Below, in pieces: positions 60,029 through 64,000 of a stretch of DNA of 64,000 bases (positions are counted from its first letter, which is position 1; each line of letters opens with the position of its first letter). The position numbers and the translations under genes were made by a program. This DNA is from Candidatus Heimdallarchaeota archaeon (GTDB lineage: Archaea; Asgardarchaeota; Heimdallarchaeia; Heimdallarchaeales; Heimdallarchaeaceae), in NCBI GenBank assembly GCA_019057815.1, contig JAHLWR010000001.1, forward strand, positions 224,001 to 288,000, read 5' to 3'. Under the pieces are notes generated by a model. That model did not search any database. It was not told the origin of the DNA and saw only the letters and a list, made by a program, of their open reading frames with translations.

Positions 60029-60667
60029 TCAGCTTTTCAACAATTTGAAAGAGAAATCTTCAACAGTTTCTTTCAGATCCTCTGTTTCACCTAATTCTCC
60101 ACGTTCTCTTAATATTTGTCTAGTTAGAAGGTAATACACTTGAGCTAAAGATTTTCGTCCTTTGTTATTAACTGGGACAACAAAATCAACATAGGTTGTG
60201 ATATTATCTGTATCACATAAAGCAACTGTAGGAATACCTCTAGAAGCAGCCTCGGTTAAAGCTTGTTTGTCTGCTCTTGGATCTGTGAGAATTACAGCAT
60301 CAGGTTCGATATATTTCTCATAAGAAGGATTAGTGAGAGTCCCTGGTATGAAACGCCCGGGAACAACAGTAAAACCGCAAAGACGAGCCATTTTAGTGCT
60401 TGGAACAGAAGCATATTGTCTAGTTGCAAAAACTGCAACCTTAGAAGACTCGAAACGAGCTAAAAATTTTGCTGCTATTCTGACTCTATCATCTGTTGCA
60501 TTTACATCTAAAACATAAATTCCATCAGATCTAATTCTGTATTGAAAAGGTAACATAAAGCTTGTGCACACGCTTGTACCAATGTGGATACCACTTACTA
60601 AATATTCATCTCTGGGTATCAGCAGTTGTTTTTCTTCTTCTTGAGTTACTTCAGTTTCATCAGACAT
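60029..60667 (-). CDS. rps2: 30S ribosomal protein S2
   Basis: GIHIG, GRFIPGTLTNP, CDTDN and PVNNKGRKSL motifs. Confidence 0.96.
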   Translation of the reverse strand: MSDETEVTQEEEKQLLIPRDEYLVSGIHIGTSVCTSFMLPFQYRIRSDGIYVLDVNATDDRVRIAAKFLARFESSKVAVFATRQYASVPSTKMARLCGFTVVPGRFIPGTLTNPSYEKYIEPDAVILTDPRADKQALTEAASRGIPTVALCDTDNITTYVDFVVPVNNKGRKSLAQVYYLLTRQILRERGELGETEDLKETVEDFSFKLLKS

Positions 60668-60780
60668 TTTTAATCCTCATATACTTAGATGGATATTATT
60701 TACCTCATTATGGGCAGTAAGAGCTCAAACAATTTCAATAAAAACCTTCTGTTCTTTCAGTTCGTTGAAGAAAATCCTCA

Positions 60781-60981
60781 TTATGTAAAGGGGAGGAATT
60801 CGTCAATTAGGTCAATATGAGAGATTATCATTCGGCGACAGCACCATCTTTTAACATGTAAATCATCCAACACTTTGTTGGGTTTTTCTCCTTCTTCTAC
60901 ACGTTTACTAAAAACTTCAAACTTATCTCCAATCAATGCACCACAAGAGAAACAGCGAACGGGTATTAGTATCTTGAGCAC
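60781..60981 (-). CDS. rpoN: DNA-directed RNA polymerase subunit N (Rpo10)
   Basis: IPVRCFSCG...[14 protein letters not shown]. Start uncertain: ATG 61008, GTG 60981 or ATA 60972. Confidence 0.93.
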   Translation of the reverse strand: MLKILIPVRCFSCGALIGDKFEVFSKRVEEGEKPNKVLDDLHVKRWCCRRMIISHIDLIDEFLPFT

Positions 60982-61029
60982 CTCACTCTCAAAATCCTTC
61001 TTGAGCATTTAACATTTGTGTTTATGTAT

Positions 61030-62199
61030 CTAAAATCCCCAATCACGAGCGATTTTGAATCCCCTATACATATAAAATAAGCCAACAGGATGAAACAATA
61101 AGGAAGGTTTCATGGAAATTTTTGCTAGAGTTTTCAGAATTCTTATACCTTCAATGCGGTTGATATACTGTCTATTAAAAACTTGACCTATCTTTGCTAA
61201 AACAGCATTCGAACAGCTATAAAAGAACTCATGACATTTCAAATTTAGTGTGCTCATAAATTTATATTTCTGAAGATTTTTTTGATAATCTCCAGAATCA
61301 GGAATTGGCTCTTTTTCGCCACGTAAAAGTACAGCAGATAAGAATTCCCCTGCAACTCTACCACTGGTCATTCCTAAACGAATACCGCCATAAAAAAGAG
61401 GGTTAACCATCCCTGCTGTATCACCTACTAATAATATTCTGTCACCTTGTAATTTGCTAACAGGTCCCTTCATTGGAATAGTACCACCAACTTTTTTAAG
61501 AATATCTCCTGCTATATTACATTCTTTGAGAAAATTGTCCAATCGCTCCTTCCTGTTTTGAGCGGTTGTTACAATTCCAACGTTAGTTTCATTATCTCGA
61601 GGAAAAATCCAACAGTACCCATAAGGGCTTCTTTTTGCATCAAAATAGAACTTCACATCTTCTCCCCATTCACCCTTAATTTTGTACTCAAACGCTCTAA
61701 TTGAGATAGGTGTGTCAAAGCCCATACTTCTAGCTAAGTTAGCTCTTGATCCTTCCGCTAATATGACATGCTCACATTCATAATGCTCCTTACTATTTCC
61801 TGAAACGATCAATTCAATGTGTTCTTTTTTTCTTCTAAGCTCAGTAATTTTGCTTGATAGTCGAATTTCACCCCCATTTTCAATGGCTTTCTCTGCTAAA
61901 TAATTATCAAACTCATCTCTCTTAATCATAAACGAATGAATATCTCCAAAAATTTGGGTGTTAGAGGGAAAGTGTATTTTGGTGTCTTTGAAATCTCTAA
62001 TCACAAAATCGCATTTCTCAGGAGAAAGTGACAAATCTTCAAAAACACCAATACTGACTCCTTCACCACATTGAATTGGTCGCCCTATAGAAGAATGTTC
62101 TTCAAAAACGACAGGAGAAATTCCACTCTTTGAAAGAGTTAAAGCTGCTGTCAAACCTGCTGGTCCTCCCCCTACGATTGCAACTTCTATTCTTTTCAT
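61030..62199 (-). CDS. Geranylgeranyl reductase-family FAD oxidoreductase
   Basis: GGGPAG, QCGEG, YCWIFP and VGDTAGMVNPLFYGGI motifs. Confidence 0.88.
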   Translation of the reverse strand: MKRIEVAIVGGGPAGLTAALTLSKSGISPVVFEEHSSIGRPIQCGEGVSIGVFEDLSLSPEKCDFVIRDFKDTKIHFPSNTQIFGDIHSFMIKRDEFDNYLAEKAIENGGEIRLSSKITELRRKKEHIELIVSGNSKEHYECEHVILAEGSRANLARSMGFDTPISIRAFEYKIKGEWGEDVKFYFDAKRSPYGYCWIFPRDNETNVGIVTTAQNRKERLDNFLKECNIAGDILKKVGGTIPMKGPVSKLQGDRILLVGDTAGMVNPLFYGGIRLGMTSGRVAGEFLSAVLLRGEKEPIPDSGDYQKNLQKYKFMSTLNLKCHEFFYSCSNAVLAKIGQVFNRQYINRIEGIRILKTLAKISMKPSLLFHPVGLFYMYRGFKIARDWGF

Positions 62200-62326
62200 A
62201 AGTGCTTGTTATTCTGAAAATACAAAAATATATCGGATTCCTATATCGGTTGCGAAAGTTTTTTAGATAAACTTTCTTTCTCTAGCACAATTGAAGCAGA
62301 AATAAAAAATTAGGAGAGTTTATTAA

Positions 62327-63604
62327 ATGGACCCAATAAGAACGATGTTAGCTGAATGGACAAGTGAAGTACCAGAAAGTGAAATTAGAAAACTCTTGAA
62401 GCAAAAAACAAAATATTACCTCGCAGGAGGACTTCCAGGAAACTTACCCACTAAAATTTTCCCGGAGATATTAAGGGAACTAGCAGAATATTATGATTCA
62501 GATGAGCAAAATGTAATCAATGAGTTTCAATATGGCCCTACCGCTGGTCACCCTGGTCTTCAAAAAGTTTTAGCAGAAAGACTAGCAAAAAGAGATAAAA
62601 TCCCAGGTATAAGTGGCGAACAAGACTATGAAAAAGTGTTTATCTCAACAGGATCTCAACAAGGTACATATCTTGTCCTTGACATTCTTATTAACAAAGG
62701 AGATATAATCATAACACCTAGCCCAGCATATTTAGGGTTTGTAACAGCTTGTGTAAAAGTAGGAGGACATGTTGTGACCGCACCTACTGATGAATATGGT
62801 TTAATCCCAGAATATGTTGAAAATACCATAGTTAAAGCTGAAGAAGGGTTTGGAAAGAAGGTTAAACTCCTTTATGTTGTAAGCGATAGCGATAATCCAA
62901 AAGGAACAACCCTACCTGTTAAGAGGAGAGAAGCCTTGTTTAATATTGCAGAACAGTATAACGTGATGATTTTAGAAGATCAAGCCTATAAAGAAATACA
63001 ATTCGAAGAAAAAAGACCGCCAATCAAATCATTTGATAAAGATAACACTCGCGTAATTTATGCTTCGACAACATCTAAAGAAGCAGCACCAATAAGAATT
63101 GGATATAATATTTTACCGGATGAATTATTTAAAGAGGCAGAAAAAGCGAAAGGGTATATAGATCTATGCACACCAACGTTAACGCAAAGACTGGTGGAAA
63201 TATATTACAGAAAATACATTGATGAAGAGCTACCAAAAATAGTCCAAAAATATAAAGAACAAAAAGGAATAGCATATAAGGCACTAGTAGAAACATTTCC
63301 GGAAGGGGAATATACAAACCCAACAGGAGGGTTTTTCATCTGGTTCCAAGCAAAAGGAGAAAAAGCATACACATTCGATGTAGACAAGTTTAACCAAGAA
63401 GTGTTATACCCAAATGAGGTACTAATAGTACCAGGAGGAGCATTCTATCCACCAAAAGGGTCATCATATGATGAGGAAGCAAGAGAAATAAAACCTCTAA
63501 AAGTAATAAAAGGAGGGATGAGGATAGGATATTCATTCCTAAAAAAAGAGCTAATAGATGAAGGAGTAAGAAGACTAGGAAAACTACTCTCAGAGCAGCT
63601 ATAA
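62327..63604 (+). CDS. PLP-dependent aminotransferase (LysN/Aro8-like)
   Basis: AGGLP, FQYGPTAG, TGSQQ, NPKG, LEDQAY, TTSK and GGFFIW motifs. Confidence 0.9.
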   Translation: MDPIRTMLAEWTSEVPESEIRKLLKQKTKYYLAGGLPGNLPTKIFPEILRELAEYYDSDEQNVINEFQYGPTAGHPGLQKVLAERLAKRDKIPGISGEQDYEKVFISTGSQQGTYLVLDILINKGDIIITPSPAYLGFVTACVKVGGHVVTAPTDEYGLIPEYVENTIVKAEEGFGKKVKLLYVVSDSDNPKGTTLPVKRREALFNIAEQYNVMILEDQAYKEIQFEEKRPPIKSFDKDNTRVIYASTTSKEAAPIRIGYNILPDELFKEAEKAKGYIDLCTPTLTQRLVEIYYRKYIDEELPKIVQKYKEQKGIAYKALVETFPEGEYTNPTGGFFIWFQAKGEKAYTFDVDKFNQEVLYPNEVLIVPGGAFYPPKGSSYDEEAREIKPLKVIKGGMRIGYSFLKKELIDEGVRRLGKLLSEQL

Positions 63605-64000
63605 CTTGAGTTTCTACAAATTTGCAATTATAGACAATTATGGAAGAGAAGAAGTATCAAAAATACAAAAATAAGATAATTACCAGAATAAACAAGAAAC
63701 AAAAAAGCTCAATAATCAAATTAAGAACTATATATACTTCTGGGCAAGAGGAGGAATATGGACAGAATAACAAGAAAAAACAAAGGATTAAGAATGAAAA
63801 TATAAAAACAATTTATCCTATATAAAAAGATATTATTTGTAGAGAAAACATTAATGTCCAACCGTTAAACAAAGGAATTGAACGAGAGGACGAAAAAGAG
63901 GAGAATACAAGGGTTTGGAGGGGGGTAGAATAGCAAAAGGTATGCAGAAGGGTTGTAATAAGGAAAAAAAAGAGCACAACCGAAAAGGTTTTTAATAGAC

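Noticed and set aside
63640-63825. 61-aa K/N/I-rich ORF
   Set aside because: Explained by A-rich low-complexity sequence; no SD or motif.
1-64000. tRNA, rRNA, CRISPR arrays, transposases/integrases
   Set aside because: None recognised by eye; intergenic regions are short and lack regularly spaced repeats or cloverleaf motifs.

Overview
AT-rich chromosomal window from an Asgard archaeon, most consistent with Heimdallarchaeia. The assignment rests on a bona fide actin, a Vps4 plus two ESCRT-III genes, a roadblock protein, archaeal translation and lipid genes, and GGTGA-type Shine-Dalgarno (SD) sites. Most of the window is housekeeping: proS, thrS, leuS, tiaS, aIF5B, r-proteins, rpoN, mevalonate/GGR genes, dispersed A/V-ATPase subunits, an hsp20-cdc48-regulator operon, TldD/E and transporters. 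I saw no rRNA, tRNA, CRISPR array or IS element. The main observation is that all three aminoacyl-tRNA synthetase genes are preceded by a tiny upstream ORF of the form M-x(1-2)-G-[ED]-[CY]-[VE]-X. The G-[ED] codons spell an internal SD (GGTGA), and X is the cognate amino acid of the downstream synthetase (Pro for proS, Thr for thrS, Leu for leuS). This suggests an undescribed leader-peptide amino-acid/tRNA-charging sensor; it is an inference from three short sites. Other items of note are a poly-Leu mini-ORF further upstream of leuS, an A/V-ATPase subunit I with a tandemly duplicated soluble domain, a B-box-like/coiled-coil/PH-like protein near the ESCRT genes, a 2TM + stand-alone pYEATS + HExxH protein module, an L7Ae K-turn autoregulatory element, a palindromic heat-shock operator and a decayed M20 peptidase duplicate.
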